From positions 1 to 49,834 of the forward strand of contig DMOG01000011.1 of NCBI GenBank assembly GCA_003453595.1: a stretch of DNA of 49,834 nt, in the 5' to 3' direction. Source of the DNA: Candidatus Uhrbacteria bacterium (GTDB taxonomy: Bacteria; Patescibacteriota; Patescibacteriia; UBA9934). Each line of letters starts with the position of its first letter. Position 1 is the stretch's first letter. Positions 11,400 to 19,608 of the stretch are shown here, one piece after another. Made by a program: the position numbers and the translations under genes. Below the pieces are notes generated by a model, which worked only from the letters and a program-made list of their open reading frames with translations, was not told where the DNA came from and did no database searches.

Positions 11400-11529
11400 C
11401 CCATTTCGAACCCCACCAGAGGCGGGGTGAGAAATCTTCTCGAGAAGATCTTTCCCCTTCTTCGCTAAAGTTTCGAAGGGTCCATCGAAGCTTGCTTAAA
11501 GCGAAGTTGGACTGGGCGTCGAGATGGGG
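11400..11529. repeat. REP-like palindromic element with a nested second palindrome
   Basis: CCCATTTCGA...GAGAAATCTTCTCGAGAAGATCTTTC...CTGGGCGTCGAGATGGGG; related to 12213-12280 in inverted orientation. Confidence 0.7.
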
Positions 11530-11544
11530 CAATTATACATAAGA

Positions 11545-11578
11545 AAAAATCGCCCACGAGATATCGAGGGCGATTTTT
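11545..11578. terminator. Bidirectional terminator between trmD and rpsP
   Basis: AAAAATCGCCC...GGGCGATTTTT. Confidence 0.75.
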
Positions 11579-11585
11579 ATTTTGA

Positions 11586-12107
11586 TTATTTAGCAGGAGT
11601 TTCTTCTTTGACCTCTTCGACAGAAGTTTCCGCAATAGGAGCTTCTTCTTTCTTTTCCTCTTTTACCTTTACCTCTTCTACCTTTGCGGCCTCTGCTTCC
11701 TCTGCTTTCTTTGCTTCTTCAGCTTCCTTGGCGTCTTGAGCTTCTTTATCTTCTTTTGCTTTTGCAGCTTCAGCTTTTGCTACCTTTTCTGACTCTTCAG
11801 CTTGCTTTTTGTCTCCTATCTTTTTTGTGCGTTTTTTTGAAATAGTAATCGCTGATTGCTTGTCTGCTTTGATAATTCCAGCGTTTACTAGCATATTGTG
11901 AACTGTGGTTGATGGTTGAACTCCAACTGAAAGCCAGTAATTAATTCGATCCTCATTAAGAGTGATTCCATCTTTTTTTGCTCGAGGATCGTATTGTCCA
12001 AGAATTTCCTTGGCCGGTGACCATGGGTCACGGTGACTTTCTTGCAAAACAATACGGTAATGCGGTTGTTTCTTTTTTCCAATTCGTGAAAGGCGAATAG
12101 TTAACAT
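11586..12107 (-). CDS. rpsP: 30S ribosomal protein S16 with a long Glu/Lys/Ala-rich tail
   Basis: MLTIRLSRIGKKKQPHYRIV...ILGQYDP...YWLSVGVQPSTTV. Confidence 0.97.
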   Translation of the reverse strand: MLTIRLSRIGKKKQPHYRIVLQESHRDPWSPAKEILGQYDPRAKKDGITLNEDRINYWLSVGVQPSTTVHNMLVNAGIIKADKQSAITISKKRTKKIGDKKQAEESEKVAKAEAAKAKEDKEAQDAKEAEEAKKAEEAEAAKVEEVKVKEEKKEEAPIAETSVEEVKEETPAK

Positions 12108-12212
12108 AGGTTGGTTAGTTAGTAGATAGTAGGTAGTAGTTTAAAGAAAGGAGCAAAGTTTGTCAAGGCCTGTCGGGGCAAATGTATTTTTATCCTATTC
12201 CGACTCCCTTAT

Positions 12213-12280
12213 CCCCATCTCGACGCCCAGGAGAGATCTTTTCGAGAAGATCTCTCGTCACTTCGTTCCTCGAGATGGGG
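12213..12280. repeat. REP-like palindromic element
   Basis: CCCCATCTCGA...GAGAGATCTT / AAGATCTCTC...TCGAGATGGGG. Confidence 0.75.
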
Positions 12281-12296
12281 AGAACGCGGATGCAAA

Positions 12297-12336
12297 GACG
12301 CCCTGCACGCAGTGGAGTTCCACTGGGCAGGGCGTC
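12297..12336 (-). terminator. GC-rich terminator hairpin of the orphan gene
   Basis: GACGCCCTGC..CAGTGG / CCACTG..GCAGGGCGTC, then TTT on the minus strand. Confidence 0.7.
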
Positions 12337-12353
12337 ACGAGGACAATAGGATT

Positions 12354-13886
12354 TCAGGCAGCCTTGGAGTTGCCGTTCTTCTTCTTGTCCTTCTTGTTGC
12401 TCTTGCTACCCTTGGTCTGGATAGCCTGCTGGGGGCGGCGGGTGGGCTTCGCGCGGAAGGCGCGCGGGCCGGCCGCATCGATCGATGCGCGCTCGGCGTT
12501 GAGGTCTTGGACCTGCCGGAGCAGATCGTCGGACTTCTCGTTGAGATCCTCCAGCTCCTGGTGAGCGATCTCGAGGAGCTCCGGGTCGTCGCCGGCCGCG
12601 TCGCGGAGATCGTCGATCTCCTTGCCGATCTTGATCAGCGCGGCCCGCTTGACCGCGATTTGCTCGTCGAGGCTGGCCAGCTTGGCGTCGAACGCCTTGC
12701 GGCCCTCCTCCCGGATCCGCTGGCTCGCGCTCACCCCACCCTTGCGCTTCTTGGGCGCGCGGGCGGGGTTGGGGTTGACGAACTCCATCTGCACCTTGGG
12801 TGCGAAGTTCGTCCGCGGACGCGGGGACTTGGAGAAGTCCTCCTGGCCGTTGATCTGGAGGATCGCGGCCTTGAGGGTGGTCTCCAGTCTCACCCCGTGG
12901 GTGGCCAACTGGTCGCCACACTCTGCGCCGAAGCCGAAGCACTGCTCACCGCGCATGACCGTCGGCATCCTGTCCCAGTCGGACAGTCCACCCGGGCACT
13001 TGCAGAGCTCGGGTGCGTTGGCGTGGACGACGCAGCGGGTCTTGCCCGTCGCCTCGTCCTTGCGGCCGAAGTTCACGCGCTCACCGTCCACGATCGCCTG
13101 GTAGACGTCGAGGATGGAGGTGAAGACCAGCTTCTTGGCCGGCCTGCGCGCGGGCGCGGGCTGGACATCCTCGGGCATCGGGGCCTGCTCCTCGTCGTTG
13201 TCCTCCATCTGCTCGATCTCGTCGAGTTCGTCGGTAGACATCTCGAGGCGGATCTTTGCCCTCCGCGCCTTGTCCAGAGCCTGGCGGAAGGTCAGGCTAG
13301 GCAGGGCATCGCCCAGGTCCATCTTGGCCAGGGCGAAGCACAGCGGGGACAGACACCAGGCGCCGATGTTGTTGGGGTTCATCACCCCCATCATCGCCTG
13401 CGCGGTGCCTGCCCGTCCGCACCCGCACCCGCAGAAGTTCATGATCACCGAACCACTCTCGTCCTTGCGGTGGTGGTCCCGGTGCGATCCGTCCTGGACG
13501 GTCAGCACGAAGGCGGTCACGCGCTTGCGCGCGGTCTCGACCGGCTCGAGCAGACCCTCGATGTGGTCATTGCATTCCTCGGCGCAGGTCTGGCAGACCG
13601 GCTCGCCGTGAACGGCCTCCTCGATCACCTGGAGAGCGCGCACCTTGTTGGGGTGCTTCTCGAGGGTCAGGGGGACCACGATGAAGCCCTGGCCTTTGGG
13701 GATCAGCTCCCCGCAGGTCGGGCACTGGGTCATCTGGGCCCGCAGGCAACGACCGGCCTTGCACAGGCCATCGGCACCGACCAGGTGACGGCCGGCTTTC
13801 TTGCCACCGCCGTGTCCGGCGGTGATGCACTTGCCGTTCTCGTCTGCGATGCAGGTCAGGGACACGATAGGCTTGTTGGAAGCCAT
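12354..13886 (-). CDS. GC-rich orphan, 510 aa; Cys/His-rich (zinc-ribbon-like) region, coiled coil, basic tail
   Basis: ATG 13886 with GGAG SD, high GC3, CPTC/CQTC/CGCGC motifs, own promoter and terminator. Confidence 0.8.
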   Translation of the reverse strand: MASNKPIVSLTCIADENGKCITAGHGGGKKAGRHLVGADGLCKAGRCLRAQMTQCPTCGELIPKGQGFIVVPLTLEKHPNKVRALQVIEEAVHGEPVCQTCAEECNDHIEGLLEPVETARKRVTAFVLTVQDGSHRDHHRKDESGSVIMNFCGCGCGRAGTAQAMMGVMNPNNIGAWCLSPLCFALAKMDLGDALPSLTFRQALDKARRAKIRLEMSTDELDEIEQMEDNDEEQAPMPEDVQPAPARRPAKKLVFTSILDVYQAIVDGERVNFGRKDEATGKTRCVVHANAPELCKCPGGLSDWDRMPTVMRGEQCFGFGAECGDQLATHGVRLETTLKAAILQINGQEDFSKSPRPRTNFAPKVQMEFVNPNPARAPKKRKGGVSASQRIREEGRKAFDAKLASLDEQIAVKRAALIKIGKEIDDLRDAAGDDPELLEIAHQELEDLNEKSDDLLRQVQDLNAERASIDAAGPRAFRAKPTRRPQQAIQTKGSKSNKKDKKKNGNSKAA

Positions 13887-13968
13887 GATAAACTCCGTTT
13901 TTTGTTCTTTTGTGAAGGATGTCGCGATTGCTCGCGACCGGTCAGTCCGGGCTTGGACTGAACGGAAA

Positions 13969-13997
13969 ATAATAGCAAAAAAATGTGAAAATGTCAA
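13969..13997 (-). promoter_or_regulatory. sigma70 promoter of the GC-rich orphan
   Basis: TTGACA-17-TATTAT with extended TG. Confidence 0.8.
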
Positions 13998-14031
13998 GTA
14001 ATCATGCCTAAATTAGCGAAAATACGAAAAT

Positions 14032-14092
14032 GGGGTTAAGTCTTTAATTTACAATTATATCTTTCAAAATTGTAAATTAATGACATGACCCC
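14032..14092. repeat. GGGGTCAGGTC-family inverted repeat (diverged copy)
   Basis: GGGGTTAAGTCTTTAATTTACAATT...AATTGTAAATTAATGACATGACCCC. Confidence 0.7.
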
Positions 14093-14162
14093 TAGCGCTA
14101 GCGAAAAAGCAATAACCGCCTGTTCGGGGGGACAGGCGGACGAGGGTGGATGAGGCGGCGAT

Positions 14163-14357
14163 TCAAGCGAAAAGCCGCTGTTGGGTGTTGGGGGTGGGCA
14201 CGCGGTTCTTGTCAGTGCCCTGGTTGGGCCTGCCTGACTTGAACGGACCGTCGATGACGGTCATGGCGCCGTTTCTGGGGTCAGCATCAACCCTGAAGCC
14301 TTTTTGGATCAGGCTTCGGAAGATGTCCCAGAACTCGGACAAAGGATCGTGTTTCAT
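14163..14357 (-). CDS. Small GC-rich orphan, 64 aa
   Basis: GGAGG SD before ATG 14357; TTGACA-17-GATACT at 14397-14425; terminator CCGCCTGT/ACAGGCGG near 14114-14139. Confidence 0.65.
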   Translation of the reverse strand: MKHDPLSEFWDIFRSLIQKGFRVDADPRNGAMTVIDGPFKSGRPNQGTDKNRVPTPNTQQRLFA

Positions 14358-14425
14358 TGCGACCTCCATGGTGCGCGGGTGAAAGGGGAACGCGAAAGTA
14401 TCGCGTATTTATTGAGATTTGTCAA

Positions 14426-14477
14426 TGGGGTCAGGTCTTTACTCGGAACAGGTGTTCCGAGTAAAGACCTGACCCCA
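14426..14477. repeat. Perfect 25-bp inverted repeat (REP/MITE-like)
   Basis: TGGGGTCAGGTCTTTACTCGGAACA-GG-TGTTCCGAGTAAAGACCTGACCCCA; the same arms recur at 33819-33970. Confidence 0.9.
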
Positions 14478-14483
14478 AGCTGT

Positions 14484-16814
14484 TTATCGTCTGGCTGTTC
14501 CTGTTTCTTCCATATCTTCTAAGCTTACAGAAAGCAAATTTGAAATTCCGTCATCTCCCATGCTAACCCCATAAAGCATGTCAGCTCGTTCCATGGTGGC
14601 GCGGTTGTGAGTGACAACGATGAACTGGGTCAGCTTGCGAAGTTCGTTTAAGATATTGGCAAATCGAACTGTGTTGGCTTCGTCGAGTGCGGCGTCAACC
14701 TCGTCAAGTACAACAAATGGGGAAGGGTTGGTGGCCATGATGGCTGAGAGTAGTGCGATTGAAGTCAAAGCCCGCTCACCACCAGAAAGTAAGTTCAAAG
14801 ATTTGAGCCTTTTTCCAGGAGGTGTGGCTTGAATATCAATGCCAGCCACAAAATCTTTTCTTTGCTTAACTCGTTTTACAATAGTTGACACAGAATTTGG
14901 ATCTTCTTGTTCAATTCTTTCTTCAGCCAAATCTTCCAGTGCTCGGTCAAGACTAATTTTTGTTTCTTCTTTTTCCAATTCATCCTGTTTCATTTTTACC
15001 AAGCCACACTCTCCGCCACCAAACAAAACCTTAAAGTATTTTTGAAATTCTTTGTTAATTTCTTTAAATACAGATTCTGATTGAGTGCGGATTTGATCGT
15101 CAAGTTCATCAATTACTTTTTCAGTTTTGCGAATGGCATCACGAATGTCAGTTACTTGCGTATCTAAAAATCCAAATCGTTCCTTTGTTTCCTCATACTC
15201 AGCAATTGTTTCCTCATCAATCCCACCAATAAGTTCAAGCTGATGTTTAAGATCCAACATGTTTGATCTAAGTCCATCAAGTGATGATGATCTGTCGGAT
15301 CCCCTGGTCAAGCCAGAGGATGACAATGGAGAAGATTTGATTTCATTAATTTTTTCTGGAATTTCTTCTTTCATCTCCCGTTCAATGCCTTCCATTCTGG
15401 TTTCGACCCGCACGCGTTCAAGATTCAAATTATTTACTTGTGACTCGATTTGATGAAGCTCTGATTGAATCTCACGCAACTGGCGTTGGAAAGCAAAAAT
15501 TTCTGTTTTGTCAGAGCCGTCTTGTTTGTTTAAAGAATCCATTTTTTCTTCAGAGTCTTTTAGGGCTTTTTGACACTGCTCAATGCCTTTTTTAGCAACA
15601 TCAAGAGCATCGGTTAAATCTTTGCTTGGTTTGTGGTCTTCTGGATTTGGTTTTGTGAGTCGAGATCGAAGTTTCTTAGCTCGATCAAAAATTGATTCAA
15701 TGGCATTGGTAATAGTATTGAGTAAATCAAGGTCATGACAAGCTTTAAGATCTTTAACTGCCTGTTCCTGTGCTTTGGTGATTGATTCAAGTTCTGACAA
15801 AATGTCAGAAAGTGGCAAGGGTGACCAGTTTGTTTGGGCTTTTACTTTTGCCAGCTCTAAACCTCTTTGAGCTTCGAATTCTTTTTGTCTGGCTTTGTGC
15901 AAATTATCCTGTGCTTTTTTATATTCAAGATGTGCTTGTTCGCGTAGGTTTGAATTGTCTTGTTTAACGCTTTCTTTTTCCAAAGTTAAAAGTCGCTTAT
16001 CTCCCTCAACTAGCTCTGCCTGTTTTTGACGCATCTGTTGCTCAACAGACTCTAAATTTTTATTGACCCCATCAAGTTCATTTTGTAGCTGATGCCACAT
16101 TGATCCAAAATAATGATTTTGGATATCATGTAATTCCTGTTCAATTGATTCTCGTTTTTCCAGGCGCTTAATTTGACGCTTTAGTGATCGAAGTCTTGGC
16201 TCGATTTCTAACAAAAGCATTTCCACTTCTGCTAAGTTTTCACTGGTTTTTTGTAGCTTGAGCATTGATTGATGTCGTTTGATTTGCAATCCGCGCACCC
16301 CAGTAGCGTCATCAAAAAAGACTTTGCGTTCTTCTGGTGAGGCAGCTAGAACATGATCAACCATGCCTTGTCCCACGACACTGTATGACCTTTGACCAAC
16401 GCCAACTTGGGCTAGCAAAAGTTGGATGTCAGATAAGCGAGCTGTTTTTCCATTGAGAAGATAATCAGATTGACCATCCCGAAAAAGTCGGCGAGTAATT
16501 ACAACCTCGGTAAAATCCACAGGCATGGCTTTGTCTTCATTGTTAATAGTCATAGTCACCTCAGCCATACCTGAGCGAGATTTGCCGATTGATCCAGAAA
16601 AAATAATGTCATCACTTTTTTTACCACGAAGAATTTTCATGGATTGTTCACCAAGGCACCAGCGAATTGCGTCAGCAATATTAGACTTTCCAGACCCATT
16701 TGGTCCAACAATAACAGTCAGGGCATGGTGGTCTTTTTTTGGTCCAGAAAAATCCAAGACAGTTTTTTTGGCAAAGGTTTTAAAGCCTTGAAGTTCAAGT
16801 CGTTGTAAATACAT
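14484..16814 (-). CDS. smc: SMC chromosome segregation ATPase, short form (776 aa)
   Basis: LELQGFKTF, Walker A GPNGSGKSN, signature LSGGE, Walker B VVLDEVDAALD, FIVVTH; coiled coils. Confidence 0.92.
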   Translation of the reverse strand: MYLQRLELQGFKTFAKKTVLDFSGPKKDHHALTVIVGPNGSGKSNIADAIRWCLGEQSMKILRGKKSDDIIFSGSIGKSRSGMAEVTMTINNEDKAMPVDFTEVVITRRLFRDGQSDYLLNGKTARLSDIQLLLAQVGVGQRSYSVVGQGMVDHVLAASPEERKVFFDDATGVRGLQIKRHQSMLKLQKTSENLAEVEMLLLEIEPRLRSLKRQIKRLEKRESIEQELHDIQNHYFGSMWHQLQNELDGVNKNLESVEQQMRQKQAELVEGDKRLLTLEKESVKQDNSNLREQAHLEYKKAQDNLHKARQKEFEAQRGLELAKVKAQTNWSPLPLSDILSELESITKAQEQAVKDLKACHDLDLLNTITNAIESIFDRAKKLRSRLTKPNPEDHKPSKDLTDALDVAKKGIEQCQKALKDSEEKMDSLNKQDGSDKTEIFAFQRQLREIQSELHQIESQVNNLNLERVRVETRMEGIEREMKEEIPEKINEIKSSPLSSSGLTRGSDRSSSLDGLRSNMLDLKHQLELIGGIDEETIAEYEETKERFGFLDTQVTDIRDAIRKTEKVIDELDDQIRTQSESVFKEINKEFQKYFKVLFGGGECGLVKMKQDELEKEETKISLDRALEDLAEERIEQEDPNSVSTIVKRVKQRKDFVAGIDIQATPPGKRLKSLNLLSGGERALTSIALLSAIMATNPSPFVVLDEVDAALDEANTVRFANILNELRKLTQFIVVTHNRATMERADMLYGVSMGDDGISNLLSVSLEDMEETGTARR
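15297..15324 (-). repeat. Intragenic palindromic element inside smc
   Basis: Reverse complement GTCATCCTCTGGCTTGACCAGGGGATCC, translated in frame as SSSGLTRGS. Confidence 0.7.
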
Positions 16815-16947
16815 AACGCGTCTATTGTATCAAAGAGGAGGGGGAAGGGGAAAGTTGGGGATAAGAAGTTGAATATAGAAAGTGGTGAGGGTGAGTTTCG
16901 AATTTTATACTTTAAACTTTTTACTTTCTACTTTATACTATCCCCAT

Positions 16948-17373
16948 ATGATCTACGGCTACATTCTTCTTATTCTTCCTGTGATTGGGGTTTTGGAAAC
17001 TATTTATTTAATAACCAAACGGCGTAAGGGACAAAAGCCGATTTGTGTGGGCAAAGATGATTGCAACTTGGTTTTGCAAAGTAAGTACAATAAAACATTT
17101 GGAGTCCACAACGATGTACTCGGATTGGCTTTCTACACTTTTTCATTGTTTGTTATTTTAAGTTTGTTCTTGCCCTTGTTTCCAATTGATTTTTTGGTAG
17201 TAATTTTTTTAGCATATTGTTTGGGTCTGATTATCGCACTGATAATGTCGATCAGGTTTATATATTTAATGGCCTATAAAATTAAGGCATGGTGTCAGTG
17301 GTGTATTGGGTCAGCTGTAACTGTTTGTTTGATGACTGTTGCGATGATCTTATTGCTCATGTCTGCTTATTAG
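16948..17373 (+). CDS. Vitamin K epoxide reductase (VKOR) family protein
   Basis: Loop cysteines C..C.LVLQSKY, TM helices, WCQWC CxxC. Confidence 0.9.
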   Translation: MIYGYILLILPVIGVLETIYLITKRRKGQKPICVGKDDCNLVLQSKYNKTFGVHNDVLGLAFYTFSLFVILSLFLPLFPIDFLVVIFLAYCLGLIIALIMSIRFIYLMAYKIKAWCQWCIGSAVTVCLMTVAMILLLMSAY

Positions 17374-17429
17374 TAATATAGGGCGAATCTTGACGCAAAT
17401 GGTAAATCACGATAATCTGCTCGACTTCT

Positions 17430-18401
17430 ATGATTCAGGTGATTTACAAACAAATTGACGAGCAGATTCAAAATGCACAAAAGATTTTGTTGTTAACTGA
17501 CGAGCGTCTTGATGGTGATACAGTTGGTGCAACTCTAGGCATGTTTCATATATTAAAAGCAATGGGAAAGCAGGTAAGCGTTTTTTCGCCACGCGAAATT
17601 CCGCAAACCCTGCTTTTTTTGCCAGCCACAGATCAGATTATTTTTGATCAATCTGTGTTTGAACAAGATGGCATTGATCTGGTAATGATTTTTGACTGCG
17701 CCGATGGGGAATACATCAAAACTTTATTACCAAAAATGAAGCGTAAAGTTCCATTAATTGTAGTTGATCATCATGTCACAAATCCAAAATACGGCTACAT
17801 CAACCTTATCGAGTCTGACTCAGCTTCGGCCTCTGGTGTTGTTTGGCGACTGGTAAAAACTTTGGGATACCCAATAACCAAAAATGCGGCTCAATGTATT
17901 TTAACTGGGATTTGTACGGACACTGATATGTTTTTAACAACGAGCACCAATGCTGCGTGCTTGGATGCTGCTCATGAATTATCCCGTTATGGCGCCCGGT
18001 TGCAAGAAGTTGTGCGCGAGACAATGATGAATAAATCTGTTTCTGCATTAAGACTTTGGGGGCTAGCGTTTGAGCGCCTGCATCATAATGATGAGTTTAA
18101 TGCTATTGCCACGGCTATTACATTGAAAGACTTGCAAGAGCTAGGGGCAACGCAGGAAGATCTCTCCGGACTGATTAATTTTTTAAATTCCATGATCGAA
18201 GGGGCAGACACTGTGCTTGCTTATTACGAAAGGGAAGATGGATCTGTGAAAGGTAGTTTGCGATCACAAACAATCGATGTAGCAGAAATAGCAGCAAAAT
18301 ACAACGGCGGCGGCCACATCCGTGCCTCTGGGTTCCAAATCCCAAACGCATACTTAGAAGAAAAAGATGGGAAGTGGTTTGTGGGCAAGAAAGGTGATTA
18401 G
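17430..18401 (+). CDS. DHH/DHHA1 phosphoesterase (NrnA-like)
   Basis: DGD, FDCA, VVDHH, GICTDT, GSLRS, GGGHIRASG. Confidence 0.92.
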   Translation: MIQVIYKQIDEQIQNAQKILLLTDERLDGDTVGATLGMFHILKAMGKQVSVFSPREIPQTLLFLPATDQIIFDQSVFEQDGIDLVMIFDCADGEYIKTLLPKMKRKVPLIVVDHHVTNPKYGYINLIESDSASASGVVWRLVKTLGYPITKNAAQCILTGICTDTDMFLTTSTNAACLDAAHELSRYGARLQEVVRETMMNKSVSALRLWGLAFERLHHNDEFNAIATAITLKDLQELGATQEDLSGLINFLNSMIEGADTVLAYYEREDGSVKGSLRSQTIDVAEIAAKYNGGGHIRASGFQIPNAYLEEKDGKWFVGKKGD

Positions 18402-18553
18402 AGGTTGTAAAAGTGATTAGAGGTGATTACTCTGCAATAATTCCTTCATTCCATAAACTCCCAATCCTATTACACTCTCCCAACCCTTTATAACCTTTAG
18501 TCACCTCTACCACCTTTGATCACCTACGACCACCCTGTTATAATAAAAAACAT

Positions 18554-19162
18554 ATGAAACAAGATATCACTCCAGAAATTCGTTCACAGGTTCTTATCCC
18601 AACTGTTATTGAGAAAACATCATATGGCGAGCGGGCGTATGATATTTATTCACGACTGCTTAAGGATCGCATTATATTTTTAGGCGATGCCATCGACGAC
18701 ACTGTGGCCAATGCCGTAATTGCTCAATTGCTATTTTTGGAAAGTCAGGATCAAGAGCAGGATATTAAGCTCTACATCAATTCTCCAGGGGGGTCGGTCA
18801 CAGCTGGACTCGCAATCTATGACACCATGCAATACATCAAGCCTGATGTTTCTACAATTTGTGTGGGTATGGCCGCAAGTATGGGAGCTGTGCTTTTAAC
18901 AGCTGGTGCCAAGGGCAAACGATTTGTGTTGCCAAACTCGGAGATTATGATCCACCAGGTTTTGGGCGGATTCCAAGGTCAGGCAACAGACATTAAAATC
19001 CATGCTGAACGCATTTTGCAAATGAAAGATTCGCTAAATAAGATTATTGCCAAGCATTCAGGTCAGACTCTTAAGAAAGTCGAAGAAGACACAGAGCGTG
19101 ATAAATTCCTAACAGCCCAGGACGCACTAAAGTACGGGCTAGTGGATAAGGTGATTAAATAG
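18554..19162 (+). CDS. clpP: ATP-dependent Clp protease proteolytic subunit
   Basis: [37 protein letters not shown]. Confidence 0.98.
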   Translation: MKQDITPEIRSQVLIPTVIEKTSYGERAYDIYSRLLKDRIIFLGDAIDDTVANAVIAQLLFLESQDQEQDIKLYINSPGGSVTAGLAIYDTMQYIKPDVSTICVGMAASMGAVLLTAGAKGKRFVLPNSEIMIHQVLGGFQGQATDIKIHAERILQMKDSLNKIIAKHSGQTLKKVEEDTERDKFLTAQDALKYGLVDKVIK

Positions 19163-19240
19163 AAGGTAGAAAGTAATAAAAACAATAATAAGACCTATAT
19201 GTCCTAGAAGTCCTATAGGTTTTATTTATTTTCTTCAAAC

Positions 19241-19502
19241 AAAAAACCCCTTCAAAACTGCAGCCAAGAAGATATATATCCTGTGAGGGACCAGCCGGAG
19301 CCGGAATCACACAGGCCATATACCCCCATGCTTGTCGTGGCTGCAGATCAAAAGGGGTGATTGCTGTAAAACTTGCGATCTATTGACTCACAGCTCCGTT
19401 CCTCAACACCTTACTTTTCAAGTACGGCTTTTGCGGTGCTCACTGTTGGGTCAATATCTCATCATGTTTTTCTAACAATCCACTAAAGGGGTGTCAACGC
19501 GA
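19241..19502 (-). ncRNA. Putative structured non-coding RNA (about 260 nt), unassigned
   Basis: Promoter at 19509-19537, two long stem-loop domains, closing ACCCCTT/AAGGGGT stem plus U-tract, no credible ORF. Confidence 0.55.
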
Positions 19503-19508
19503 CTGCGA

Positions 19509-19537
19509 ATAGTATCACGCAAAAGAGATGCTGTCAA
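19509..19537 (-). promoter_or_regulatory. sigma70 promoter of the putative ncRNA
   Basis: TTGACA-17-TACTAT with extended TG. Confidence 0.75.
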
Positions 19538-19563
19538 CCCTAAACCGTCTTTTTGTAAAAACT

Positions 19564-19593
19564 AAAAAACACCTGATTTTACAGGTGTTTTTT
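19564..19593. terminator. Terminator after the vanW-family gene
   Basis: AAAAAACACCTG ATTTTA CAGGTGTTTTTT. Confidence 0.8.
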
Positions 19594-19608
19594 TGGGGTT
19601 TCTGTTTA

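Noticed and set aside
11586-11830. Low-complexity repeat in the rpsP 3' half
   Set aside because: Ordinary Ala/Glu/Lys-rich S16 C-terminal extension known from several phyla.
12312-13961. 549-aa plus-strand ORF fully antisense to the GC-rich orphan
   Set aside because: Typical shadow frame of a high-GC3 gene; promoter, SD and terminator all support the minus-strand gene. The same applies to the overlapping ORFs at 22.8-23.3, 25.2-25.6, 28.4-30.2, 32.0-33.7 and 46.7-47.8 kb.
19241-19502. tmRNA, RNase P, SRP RNA or T-box/riboswitch
   Set aside because: Their signature motifs are not visible, and there is no co-directional downstream gene to regulate.
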